Under the pieces are notes generated by a model that was not told where the DNA came from, did not search any database, and saw only the letters and a program-made list of their open reading frames with translations. DNA of 64,000 nucleotides from Mobula hypostoma. Taxonomy: Eukaryota. The stretch lies in NCBI RefSeq assembly GCF_963921235.1, contig NC_086097.1, forward strand, positions 215,762,001 to 215,826,000, in the 5' to 3' direction. Positions within the stretch are counted from its first letter, which is position 1. Each line of letters begins with the position of its first letter. Positions 1 to 12,569 of the stretch are shown here, one piece after another. The position numbers were made by a program, and so were the translations under genes.

Positions 1-675
1 TCAAAGCAGCTGCGCAGGTTGACTCTGTGGTTAAGAAGGCATATGGTGCATTGGCCTTCATCAATTGTGGGATTGAGTTTAAGAGCCGAGAGGTAATCTT
101 GCAGCTATATAGGACCCTGGTCAAATCCCACTTGGAGTACTGTGCTCAGTTCTGGTCACCTCACTACAGGAAGGATGTGGAAACCATAGAAAGGGTGAAG
201 AGGAGATTTACAAGGATGCTGCCAGGATTGGGGAGCATGCCTTATGAAAACAGGTTGAGTGAACTCAGCCTTTTCTCCTTGGAGCGACGGAGGATGAGAG
301 GTGACCTGATAGATGTGTATAAGATGATGGGAGGCATTGATCGTGTGGATAGTCAGAGGCTTTTTTCCCAGGGCTGAAATGGTTGCCACACGAGGACACA
401 GGTTGAAGGTGCTGGGGAGTAGGTACAGAGGAGATGTCGGGGTAAGTTTTTTTTTACGCAGAGAGTAGTGAGTGCATGGAATGGGCTGCCGGCAACAGTG
501 GTGGAGGCAGATGCAATAGGGTCTTTTAAGAGACTTTTGGATAGTTACATGGAGCTTAGAAAAATAGAGGGCTATGGGTAAGCCTAGTAATTTCTAAGGA
601 AGGGACATGTTCAGCACAACTTTGTGGGCCAAAGGGCCTGTATTGTGCTATAGGCTTTCTATATTTCTGTGTTTC
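1..675 (+). mobile_element. CR1-clade LINE, 3' end (ORF2 C-terminus and tail)
   Basis: ORF 27..377 (LYRTLVKSHLEYCAQFWSPHY...RGDLI) is homologous to the C-terminus of the ORF2 at 31932..34931; ends in a TTTCTAT-type tail. Confidence 0.9.
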
Positions 676-1838
676 TATTGCTGGACATCAATTGCATTGC
701 TGCCACTAATTTGGGCCCCTGGAGTGGTATATTACCACAATAATTGAAGGGCTTCCTCCCCCTAACTGGCCCCTCCCTCTCGTGGTAGCAGAAGAACCGT
801 ACATTGCAGGTACTGGACACTATCACCATATCCCCATAGAATCTGTCTCTAAATGTACTCCTCCCTCTTCTAGACAAAAGTACCCTGCAGTAAATTTGTG
901 AGATCGCTTTTCAAAATGCAGCACTTGGGTTTTCATATTTTTTTCAGGTTGATGTTTGATTTGACTTTACTGGTGTAGATAGATGTTAACATTCAGATGG
1001 TCATCTAAGGAGATGTAACACTTTTCATAAATATGTGAATTCCTTCTAAGGATATACTACTGATATCATCAAATGGGAAATTCAATTCACAATCAAAAGT
1101 AGAAACAGTTCAGGCATTGAATTAGTTGGATGTTGTCAATAATCATCTACTTGGTACAGAAAAAGGCTGTGCAGCTCATGAATCAGCATTTAAAGTTGAC
1201 TGCATCCTCTTCTGGTCTGTCCTCACCTAAATCTATCAACATAATCATCTGTTTCTTTATTTTATGTGCTTAATCAGCTTCCTCTTAAATGCATCTATAT
1301 TAATCACCATCCAGCCCGTGTTGCAAAAAGTTCCACATCCTCGCTACGCTTTGGTTAAGAAAAAGCGTTTCCCAGTTCCTTCTTATACTAGGTGACTGCC
1401 TCTCTTCGTTCCACTGGAAATATTTTCATATATCCATTCACTCAAAATGTGTTGTATTTTAAAGACTTTTATAAGGTCAACTCTATCATCCCACCACCTA
1501 CCTCCCCTCCACCACCAGCACTTTCTCAAGAAGCACCCACCCAGTTCGTCCTTCACTGATGCGTACACCCATGTATTGCAAATCATCTGTTCACCCTTTC
1601 TATGAGAGGAGCTGAAGGATCGGATATTTGGTACATGCACTTGGCTGAGGAGTCTGTGGTGTGAAATTACCATATATAGGTTTATGACCGAACACCGGCA
1701 AGTCTGACTCCTGCTGAAATGTCCATTGATGCCCAGCACAGTCGTCCAGTGGTTCCAAGTACGGTTCAGTACAGTACAACACAACTTCCCTACTTTTCAG
1801 TTCTGTCCCTCCAGAAATAAAAATGAATTATTTTAGTA

Positions 1839-2058
1839 TCCTCCCTCCCCCTCCTGTCTTCTCCTATCATTTTGGATCTCCCCCTCCCCCTCCAGCTTTC
1901 AAATCCCTTACTCACTCTTCCTTCAGTTAGTCCTGACGAAGGGTCTCGGCCCGAAACGTCGACTGCACCTCTTCCTACAGATGCTGCCTGGCCTGCTGCG
2001 TTCACCAGCAACTTTGATGTGTGTTGCTTGAATTTCCAGCATCTGCAGAATTCCTGTT
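1839..2058 (+). mobile_element. Penelope-like element terminal repeat fragment (5'-truncated)
   Basis: Same sequence as the 3' end of the GIY-YIG PLE at 13747-15610; flanked by a 15-bp direct repeat TGAATTATTTTAGTA (1824-1838, 2059-2073). Confidence 0.88.
1928..1965 (+). ncRNA. Minimal type I hammerhead ribozyme motif
   Basis: (U)AGUC-CUGACGA-A-GGGU CUCG GCCC-GAAA-CG-UC^GACU(G): stem I AGUC/GACU, core CUGANGA and GAAA, stem II, GUC cleavage triplet. Confidence 0.8.
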
Positions 2059-2271
2059 TGAATTATTTTAGTACTTTGCTTATGGCTTTCTTTATGGCAC
2101 AAATTTTTAGCAACATTGATATATTTATACTCCATTATCCCTTTGTTCTTCAATCCATTATGCTCACGTTTTCTAATTAACTAGGGACAGCCTACTCCAC
2201 CTGCTGCAATATACAACTTTGCAGTTATCCGTACTGCACACTATTAGCCAAGTAAACTTCCCTTTTGGCAA

Positions 2272-2575
2272 GTTTATTTATTTATTTATTTATTGAGATA
2301 AATAATTTATTTATTGAGCGCATAATAAGCCCTTCCAACACTTGGAGCCACACCACCCAGCAACTCACGATTTAACCTTAGCTTAATTATGGGACAATTT
2401 ACATGGACCAATTAACCTACTAACCATTACGTATTTAGGCTGTGGGAGGAAACCAGAGCACCTGGTGAAAACCCAAGCATTCCACAGGATGTACAGATGG
2501 CATTGGAATTGAGCTCCAAACTCTGATGCCCTGAGTTGTAATGGTGTTCCTCTGCATGATACTCCACCCTGGCTT
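2272..2575 (-). mobile_element. V-domain (HE1-like) SINE
   Basis: GTGGGAGGAAACCAGAGCACCTGG..AAAACCCA core, (ATTT)n tail; five related copies elsewhere in the window. Confidence 0.7.
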
Positions 2576-2894
2576 AAACGCCTTCTGCAATTAGTTGCAA
2601 TCGTTCACAATACTGAATATTCCTGAGAATCTTTCCCTTCCTCCAGTTTTCCCTCCTCAATCCAAAAAGTGGCAGTATCCACAGATTTCAGAATTGTTTT
2701 CTTAATTCCAAAGTTAAATTGTTAATACAAATTATGACATATCAGTGCTGAGAGCACCATCTTTGTTGAACACTTCTTCCTTTCTTACTATCCACCCTTT
2801 AATCCCACACTCCATTTCTATCTTGAAGATAATGAGCAATCAGTTCCCTTGTTTGACCTATGATCTCATGCACTAGTCTAGTGGAGGCACAGAC

Positions 2895-4460
2895 TGGTGC
2901 AGTACAGAAACAGGTCCTGTGGCCAGTCTAGCCCATATCGAATTATTAATCTGCCTAGTCCCATTGATCTGCACCCAGACCACAGACTTTAGTACCCCTC
3001 CCTACCCTTCCGATACACGTACATATCCAAATTTCTCTTAAATGTTGAAATCAACCCTGCATTCACCACTTGCTCTGGCAGCTCATTCCAGACTCTCACC
3101 AGCATCTGAGTGAAGGAGTTCCTCCACATATTCCCCTTAAACGTTTCACTTTGCATCCTTAACCCATGACCACTAGTTGTAGTTTCACCCAATCTCAGTG
3201 GAAAGAGCCTGCCTGTATTTACCCATAAACACCCCTCATAATTTTGGACTCCTCTATCATATCTCCCCTCATTCTCTTACGCCTCAGGGAATAAAGTCCC
3301 AGCCTATTTAACCTTTCCCTATAGTTCAGGTTCTCAAGTCTTGGCCGCAGGATTGTAAATTTTCTCTACACTCTTCCAATCTCATTGATATCTTCCCTAT
3401 AGGTAGTTGACCAGAACTCCATTCAATACTCCAAATTAGCTCTTGTACAACTTCAGACCAACATCCCAACTCCTGTACTCAGTACTTTGATTTGTAAAGG
3501 CCGACGTGCTGAAAGTTCTCTTTATGACCCTATCTACTGCACCTGTGACGCCACTTTCAAGGAATTAAGGATCTGTATTCCCAGATCTCTTTTGTCTATC
3601 ACACTCCTCAGTGCTCTACCACTCACCATGTCAGTCCTTGTCTGCATTAAATTCCATCTGCCATTTTTCAGCCATTTTTTTCCAGATGGCCCAGCTTCCG
3701 TTGCAAGCTTTGATAGCCATCCTCGCTGTCCCCGACACCCCCCCCCCCAACCTTGGTGTCATCCACAAATTTTCTGATCCAGTTTACTACATTATCATCC
3801 AGATCATTGATATAGATGACAAACAACAATGGGCCCGGCGCCAATCGCTGCAGCACATCACTAGTCACAGGCCTCCAGTCAGAGAACCAACCATCAAATC
3901 CCAATCTCTGGCTTCTCCTACAAAGCCAATGTCTAATCCATATTGCTACCTCATCTTGAATGCCGAGCGACTGAACCTTTTTTGACCAATCTCCCATGCA
4001 GAACCTTGCAAAGGCCTTGCTAAAGTCTGTGGAGACAGCATTCACTGCTTTGCCTTCATCAATTTTACTGGTAATGTCCCTGAAAAACTCTCTATACAGT
4101 CCCTGAGAGTACCTTCCAATAACTTACCGACTACTGATGTCAGGCTCACTGGCCTATAACTTCCTGGCTTATTTTTCAAGCCTTTCTTAAACAATGGAAC
4201 ATTAGCTATTCTCCAATTCTCTGGCATCTCACCACTGCTAAGGGATTTTTTAAAATATCTCTGCCGGGGCCCTTGCAAGTTCCTCACTAGTGTCCCACAA
4301 AGTCTGAGGAAACACTTTGTCAGACCCTGGGGATTTATTCACTCTAATTTTCCTCAAGAGAGCAAATAACCTTCTCCTCTGTAATCTGTATATGGTTCAT
4401 GACCTCACTGCTGTTTTTCCTCACCTCTATAGACTCTGTGTCCATCTCCCAAGTAAATAC
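2895..4460 (-). mobile_element. Degenerate CR1 LINE (RT to 3' end)
   Basis: Minus ORFs with YRPVSLTSVVGKLLE, DFSKAF, FVIYINDLD..KFVDDTK. Confidence 0.9.
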
Positions 4461-5241
4461 AGCAATTAAACAGAAGCCTTCTCAAAATCTAAGTAACTAC
4501 ATCACTAATATGTGTTTGTCTTCAAGACATTCCATAACATTAGTCAAGCAAAACCTTTCCCTTTGAATTCCAAGTTGACTTCGCTGTTCTACTTTTTAGA
4601 GTTCTAGGTTGCTCTTTATTAGGATAGCCATTATTTTACCTCCTAAAAATGTGAAGGCAATTGATTTTGTACAGTCCTCCTTCTTAAATGTAGGCTTTAC
4701 TTACTTCTTTGCTGGCCCTCTGAAACTGCACCATTTTCAAATTAATTACTAAAATTTGTATATCAATACCACTGCTATTTCATGAATTCTTCAAAAACGT
4801 GTAAGATCACAAACCACTCAGGCTAGTTTATTCTTTTTTTCTTTTTAGTTTATTTCCCCTTTTGGATCCCCTTTTCCCAACTTAACTGCCCTTATAATCT
4901 AATAATATCATGTCTGCCTGTTCCATCATCATGATACATAAAGAACAGAATTACTGATGGCAGAAATGTTTAATCTTGTATCATTATTTGTAGTATGTCC
5001 CTTTCTATCATTTAATGACTATTCCCACCCAACCTCCCTTTTCATTGATATCTCTGAAAAAATATTTAATTATTGTATGTTCCTTGATAATGTAATTTAA
5101 TCTTTCTTCTTTGCCTTCCTAATTAATTTTCCTGAGGTGTACTAATTCATTCATATTGATTCTTATCACGGACAACTCTGCTGCCTACAGTTTTGCTTTC
5201 ATTAGCATCTTTACTTATCCATGGAAATCATGAGCATTTAG

Positions 5242-5421
5242 AATCTCCCCCTCCCCCTCCCAAATCTCTTACTATCTTTTCTTTCAGTTAGTCCTGATGA
5301 AGGGTCCCGGCCCGAAATGTCCAATGTACCTCTTCCTATAGATGCTGCCTGGCCTGCTGTGTTCATCAGCAGATTTTATGTATGTTGCTTGAACTTCCAG
5401 CATCTACAGATTTCCTCATGT
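5242..5421 (+). mobile_element. PLE terminal fragment with decayed hammerhead motif (5289-5326)
   Basis: Homologous to 1839-2058; 12-bp TSD ATGAGCATTTAG (5230-5241, 5422-5433). Confidence 0.85.
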
Positions 5422-5455
5422 ATGAGCATTTAGCCTGCTTTTCTTTTAGAGGAAT

Positions 5456-6016
5456 ATACATTCAATGGTCATTTTATTAGGTATACCTGTACACTTGCTC
5501 ATTCATATAAATATCTAATCAGTTAATCATGTGGCAACAACTCATAGATATCAACAAGAGGTTCAGTTGTTGTTCAGACAAAACATCAGAATGGGGAAGA
5601 AATACGATCCAAGTTATTTTGACAATGGAATAATTGTTGGTACCGGAGCGGTGATTTGAGTATTTCTGAAACTCCTGGGATTTTCACTCTTTTACTCACA
5701 AGTCTCTAGAGTTACAGAAAATGCTGCCAAAAAAAAAAACACAAAACAAGAAAAACATCCAGTGAATGGCAGTTCTGTAGGCAAAAATGCCTTGTTAATG
5801 AGGGAGGTCAGAGGAGAATGGACAAGTTTGTTCAACCTGACAGGAAGGTGACGGTAACTCAAATAACCACGGATTACAAAAGTGGTGTGCAAAGGGCATC
5901 TCTGAGTGCACAACTCATCAAGTGGATGGGCTACAGCAGCAGACAACCACAAATATGCACTCAATGGCCACTTTACTTGGTACAAGAGGTATCTATCAAA
6001 ATAGCCACTGATTGTA
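5456..6016 (+). mobile_element. Internally deleted Tc1/mariner derivative
   Basis: Imperfect terminal inverted repeats (TACATTCAATGGTCATTTTATTAGGTATACCT / AGGTATCTATCAAAATAGCCACTGATTGTA); HTH transposase remnant (DRKVTVTQIT). Confidence 0.7.
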
Positions 6017-6179
6017 TTTTCCTGCAATCTGTTTGAAATCTCTTTGTTGTTCCACATCATTGTATGACAATATTGTTGCCCAATGCATCAACCAAATCAC
6101 TCTCCTCAGGCACAGAAATTCTACTTTTCTCCAATCTAATGATCTGGCTCTCTTCAGATTTCTGCCTCACTATTATCAT

Positions 6180-6372
6180 AGGCTGGCTGGGTGGTGTAGT
6201 GGCATTAGCACTGGTCTTCGAGGCAAATGGTCCTGAATTCAAACCCAGCTGGGTCCCAACCTGGGCAGCAGCAGTATCTGCATGGAAGAAAGGCCTGGCA
6301 ATCTACTTCCATATCGTGCCATCAAATCCTGTGGTCCATGAGGTCACGAAGAGTCAGACTCGACTAAACAAC
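6180..6372 (+). mobile_element. tRNA-derived SINE with RTE/BovB-like 3' tail
   Basis: A box TGGTGTAGTGG, B-box-like GAATTCAAACC, tail GTCCATGAGGTCACGAAGAGTCAGACTCGACT, TSD ATTATCAT (6172-6179, 6373-6380). Confidence 0.7.
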
Positions 6373-7119
6373 ATTATCATCAAAAACTCATTGTATTGTG
6401 GTTATGAGGAAGCAGGAGGTCTGTGGAAGGACCTACACCAGTGATTCCCAATTTGAGCGATATCAACCACCCCCCCCTCGCCCCCCCAGAGGTGGCTGGA
6501 ATTCCTAAGGGGTTGAGGGGAGGGGTACTCATTAGCAAGGGGGGGGGGAGCTGAGACATTACAGGCCTAATTTAAGAAATGAATTACTTGTTATAAGCAT
6601 TTGATCCTCTGTGCCTCCTAATTGATTACAATGATCACATTATTACCTGATCTCTTGCTAACCCACCTTTCTCTTCCACTTTGCTTGAAGTGTATTATAG
6701 TTGTTGAAAACCAATGTGGCATTTCTGTATTTGACATATCACAAGAAATCTGGACTGAAGAAATTATGCTATTTCTGGGCCCATCCCTCTCATTATTGCA
6801 ATTTATTACTGTAGTACAGTGTTACCTGGTACTACCAGGTACCCATAGTCTAATCATGCAGTGACACAGTTTCTGTGAATTAGGGTATGTCGTCCAATGG
6901 GGTAAAGTTCAGAAACTGCCCTTTCAAACGACCTTGACCATATTTCCCTCGCTCACGACTGAACCAAGACATCGCTGCCCCACTTTATGTACCTTCAGGC
7001 AGACAGTCAAGTTCTGCCTGAGCTATTATGACATCACAGCTTTTCCCTTTATTGATCACAATGCTTGAAGCTGGACTTAAATAGCAAGCAATTGACCATG
7101 ATCATTAATCCATAACAAA

Positions 7120-10100
7120 AATGGCATCAGCATACCAAACAGAAAAGAAATGTAGATATTATATTGCAGAGTATGGATTTATAGAACATGAAATATGGAT
7201 TTATATCAACATCAAACAACCAACAGTAGCCAAGGTGTAAAAAAGATTTTTCAAATGAAGCAATGAAACTGTCCAGATTCCTTGAACATTTGAGAAAATA
7301 CTCTGATAAAGCAAACAATAATCTTAGCTTATTTTTAATCACTTTGTGAAAACTTTCAGAAATGGAAAGCACTTCAAAACATATACGCCAGCACTTCACA
7401 ATAAAAAGTGATAATTTGCTTGCTTCATACAATATTTCATTGATCGTTGCTAGATTTGTAAATCCCCATACAATTGAAGAAGAACAGATTCTGCCAGCAG
7501 TAAAGGAGATTCTGAGTACAGTTTTGAATAAGTCACCAGACCAAACAATTAAAATGATTCTGCTCAGTGACAACTCTGTTCAAAGACTAATAGATGAAAC
7601 ATCTGAGAATGTGGAAGACACATTGTGTAATATACTTAGAACAATAGTATTTGCTCAGCAGTTGGATGAGTCTGTCACAATGCCAGGGGCTTTGGGAACA
7701 ACGGTGGACCCAAATGCGAGACACATCTTGTGAGGTTAATTAAAATCTAGTTTATTGTTCGATACCAGGTGAGCAAAGCAGAAGCAGGAATAGTGAACAG
7801 GATAAGGACTCAGGACTACAACTAGGCTAGGACCAAGGGTCTGGGCTTGGACTCAGAATCAGCTCCCAGATCTAGAAAAGACATGAAGAGGCTAGGGTAT
7901 GGACTCCAAGCCAGAGACTGGGCAAGGACCCAGTACCTGGGTCTTGCCTCGGGCTCAGACCCCAGAACCAGGCATGGACATGACATGGGCTAGGGAGAGG
8001 AGGAACATGGAAAACAGAGCCTCAGTCTCAGGAGAGCAGGTACATGGAACCATGGACACATATACAGAACAGAGAGCTGGGACACCTCCTTGGGTGCAGG
8101 ACATAGGGCTGGCTCATGACCCTCCACAGGGCAACAGCAAGACAGCCTGACTTACCTCATGGAGGTGAGGACAAGACAAGACATGACCCCCCGCAGGGCA
8201 ATGGCAAGACAGCCAGACCTACCCCATGGAGGCAAGGACAAGACAAGACATGACCCCCCCCCCCCACAGGGCAACAGCAAGACAGCCTGACTTACCCCAT
8301 GGAGGCAAGGACAAGACAAGACCAACATGAAAGCACACGGGACAGTACCTATCTAGCTCCAGTAATAGAACTAGACCAAAATGCAGGCAAGGGCTGCAGA
8401 TGAGGGCTAGAGGCAAGAGGGGCAGAGAAGGGATACAGACAGGGGGGTAGGACAGGAATCACAGACTGCCAGGGCCAGGACTTGACTCGAAACTGGGAAG
8501 CCGTCAGGGACATGACTTGGTACTTGGTACTTGAATGCTGCCAGGGCCAGGACTTGACTTGGAACCTCCGGGTAGTGGCGAGCTCTCGACTTGGCCCGGG
8601 AACAGTAGACAGCGGTTCCTGATTCCCTCCGGCGGGTTATCTGACGGACCCACCTCGGTGAGGAAACTTTGCAGGCTCGCTTTGGCGAGGTAACTTTACA
8701 AGGTTGCTCCGGTGAGGAAAAGCGAATTACCGGCACTCGCTTCGGGTGGAGACTAGGCTTGCTCCGGCCAGATGACATCGACACACCGTACCTTTGGTGA
8801 CTTTGCAAACACTCCCACGCCGAACGGCTAAAAGCCGGAGACTATAAACTACCGGTTCAGCTGAGCGTTGATTGCCTCTAATCACTGAAGCCAAGGGAAT
8901 CAACTGTCCGGATTGTAACATAAACAAGGTAAATTTAAAGGGACCCCGATCCGGACCGTGACAGAGTCAACTTTGCCAGGCAACAAATCTTTCATTTTTA
9001 CTTTCATAAGAGATGAAAGCATAGTTTAGGAATTCTTATTTGCAAGGGGACTAAAACAGACATGAAGGGGGAGTCAATACTTTGAGTTGGAGAACAATTT
9101 TTCAAAGAGAATTACATTCCTTTCACTAACGTTCTTGCTTCTGCAACAGGCAGAGCACCAGCAATGATAGGGTACCACTGTGGGATTATTACTTTCTTGA
9201 AAAAAGCTGTTTCTAAAATATTTACCAGTCACTGTGTAATTCATAGAGAACATCTTGTTGCAAAAAAACCTGGGTGATCAGCTGCACAAATCATTAAGTA
9301 CTGTTATAACAGTGTTAAATAAAATCAAGTCCCATTCTCTCAATTATCGGCTATCTTGAGAGTTCTGTATTGAGAATGATGAAGAGTTTGGACAGTTGCT
9401 ATTGCACACAGAAGTTAGATGGCCCTCAAAGGGAAACTGCCTAAGATGCTTTGATGCACTTTTGAAATTGTAATAAAATTCTTTGAAGACTGAAATGCTT
9501 CATTCAGTAATCAATTCAAGAATATTAAGCATGGCATTGCTTATTTGTCAGAGTTATTTGCAAAGTTTAATGAAATCAATCTTCAATTGCAAGGAAATGT
9601 GAATCTTATCAAAGTCAAATTATTTGCCTCCACGTTTCTGGAAAGTTTAAGTGCAACATTTGGCATCACAACCTTTTCCAATTTCCGAGCCTCTCTGAGT
9701 TGGATAAGAAAGAAAGAAAACCAGATGTTGACCTTCAAGTATATTGTGCCCACCTGGGTGAGCTGCATAAAGATATGTCACAGAGATTTCAGGATTTGCG
9801 TCTGATCCAAATTGCAGATTGTAGTGAGGAATTAACAGGAAGGATGGAGGAAGAACTGATCTTGCTTCAAAATATTTTTGAGCTAAAGTTCAGGTTCAAA
9901 AAAAATCATTTCAAGACTTTTGGTTGCAGAAATAATTCTCTGAGTGCTATCCTGTTCTGTGTAAAAATGTCAGGGTGTTCTTTATTACCTTTCCAACATT
10001 GTATTCAGTGCAGCATGGTTACAGAACAGTAACCTAGCTTCTTTCAAAGCAACAAAACAGACTGCCTATTACTGAACACGGAGACTGGAGACTCCTTCTG

Positions 10101-10163
10101 AGTACCACTCAGCCTGATGTTGAGAAGCTGATATCACTGCACCAAGCCTGTCCATCTCATTGA
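7120..10163 (+). pseudogene. Buster-type hAT transposase pseudogene, interrupted by a solo LTR
   Basis: PHTIEE..ILPAVKEI, LSDNSVQRLID, FAQQLDES|T, HCVIHREHL, LLHTEVRW, LQLQG motifs; many stops and frameshifts. Confidence 0.85.
7673..8963 (-). mobile_element. Solo LTR (family A)
   Basis: TGTCAC...GTGACA termini, 5-bp TSD GAGTC (7668-7672, 8964-8968); reverse-complement homologue of 37874-39297. Confidence 0.88.
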
Positions 10164-10466
10164 TAAGGGCAATAGCAATGAAGTAGTGAATCGCTGGAAC
10201 ACTAATGAAGCTCTAAAATTGTTGATGAAAATTGTTTCACTGTAATTAAATAAATAATTTTATTTGTAGCTTTAAATAGATTTGAATAATTTTTGCAATT
10301 ATTTGTCACTGCTTTGAATTTGCAGTTCCTATTTTCTTTCACTGCGCATTGGAAATCAAAATTCTTTATCATTTATATATAATGGCCAGAAAGGGAGAAG
10401 GGCAAACTGGAGATCTGGGGATGGGGTAGCCAAGAGAATGGTAACCCAAAAAAGTTTGGGAACCCC

Positions 10467-11320
10467 TTAGACAGATTAAGAGAATGGGCAAAGAAGTGGC
10501 AGGTGGAATATAGTGTAGGGAAGTGTTACGTTCATATGCTTTGTATAGAAGGAATAAAGGTGTAGGCTATTTTCTAAATGGGGAGAATATTCAAAAATCA
10601 GAGGTATAAAGGGGCTTGGGAGTCTTCATGCAGGACTCCCTAAAGGTTAATTTGCAGGTTGAGTTGGTGGTGAGGAAGGCAAATGTAATGTTAGCATTCA
10701 TTTTGAGAGGACTAGAATATAAAAGCAAGGATGTAATGCTCAGGCTTAATAAGACATTGGTCATACTGCACTTGGAGTAAAGTGAGCACTTTTGGGACCC
10801 TTTTCTAAGAAGAGCTGTTCTGCCATTGGAAAGGGTCCAGAAAAGATTGATTCCTGGAATGAAATTGTTAATATATGAGGAACGTTTCATTGCTCTGGGC
10901 TTGTATTCAGTGGAGTTTAGAAGAATGTGGGAGGATCTCATTCAAACCAATTGAATATTGAAAGGTCTAAATAGAGTGGATGTGGAGAGAATATTTTCTA
11001 TAATGAGGCAGTGTAGGACCAAGGGGCACACCTCAGAACACAGGGGTGTCCATTTATAACAGAGATGAAGAGGAATTTCTTTGGCCAGAGGGTGTTGAAT
11101 CTGTGGAATTCATTGCCATGAGCTGCAGTGGAGGCCAAGTCATTGAGTATATTTAAAATGGAGGTTGATAGGTTCTTGGTTAGTCAGGGCATCAAAGGTT
11201 ACAGGGAGAATAAACAATGGGGTTGATAGAGATAATAAATCATCCATGATAGAAGGTCATACCAGGCTCAATGGGCCAAATGACCCAGTTCAGCTCCTAT
11301 GTGTTATGGTATTATGGTCT
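10467..11320 (+). mobile_element. CR1 LINE 3' fragment (continues 6395-6438 across the hAT)
   Basis: DRLREWAKKWQ, AFILRGLEYKSKDV, RGDLI-like motifs and CR1 tail. Confidence 0.85.
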
Positions 11321-12569
11321 TTCCTAAACATGCCTGGCAGTATTTAATTCCAGAATTCTTTTAGTTATTTCTAAAGATTGCAAAGGATTTGGTAAGTCAC
11401 AATTTTGTCCAAGCAATAATCATCATTACTATTGCTTCATGAAATCGAGAGTTGTACAGGGTAGTGACAAGAAATATTTGTATCTACCATTTGTAGAAGT
11501 CTCATCTTTAACATCATGGTGCTCAGGTGAGCATATAATCTGGGATCATACTTGGGTTAATCCAGATTGTAAAGATTAATGTGGAAAATACTGAAAAGAA
11601 AACAAAACCTTTTGGTAGAGTGTGGAGGATAATTATGTCTAATCTGAAATGTTGGAAATTTGCATGAAATGCTGAATAAATTATTTATTTTCATAAATAA
11701 CTAATCAAACATGATTATCAGAGAGGTCACTGGCTAGTTCTGCCTGTGCCTAACTGCAATTTACCATGTTAAATGTGACAAAAGTACATCTGTGTGCAGG
11801 TGTCCTTTGGCTTTATACAGTGAAAAATGGCACCAGTGGTGTAATGTTATCATGGTGATCAGCATGCTAGAAAGAAGAAACAAGGGCTAAATGTACTGAA
11901 AATATGTATTTAATCAAATTAATTAAAACACACAATTATTATTTCTAATTATATTTTATTAACTGACAGCTTATAAATGATCTACCTATTAAAATTGATT
12001 ATTGTCAATTAAAGAATGCTGGAAGCATTCATCAGGTCAGTTAAAGGAGAGAGAATCAGGGAAACTGATAATCACGTTTGATTCAGTCACTTGAAATGGG
12101 ATTCTCTGTGGTAGTTGTACATAATGTATTGTATCATTCTGTTTAATAGTAAGACTTCTGAAGTAAATGATTTCAAAGTTAATTCCTTTGCAGGATTTAG
12201 ATCAAAGTAGAAGCGGGAAGTGTAAAAAGCCTGGAAATTCTTTGATGCGTGGGCGGGTGCTTTAAGCACCTGGCACTTGATTGGGAACAAATAACTTTTT
12301 CAACTGTGTCTTGTATCAATGGACGGTGAAACGGTGGGTCGTGGGTCCAGCTTGCTCATTAAGGGGATCAGTAGGGAGAGAGGCTAGGGTCTCGATCATC
12401 ATTTTTGCAACTGGATTAAGGGAGTGAGGAGAAGAGTCTCAGACTGATTACATGAGGATGTGATTTGTGTAATTAGGGTTCTTGGTCTGCAGGACGTTGG
12501 GCCAAGGAAACTCTTTCCATTTGTATAGCTCTATGAATTACGATGAATCAATGTTTGATCATGTACTTC

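Larger units (their letters stand above)
6439..10466 (+). mobile_element. hAT (Buster/Charlie-type) DNA transposon, decayed
   Basis: Ends CAGTGATTCCCAA / TTTGGGAACCCC; interrupts a CR1 at a degenerate NNNTANNN site (ACCTACAC / CCTTAGAC); internal transposase remnants. Confidence 0.8.
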
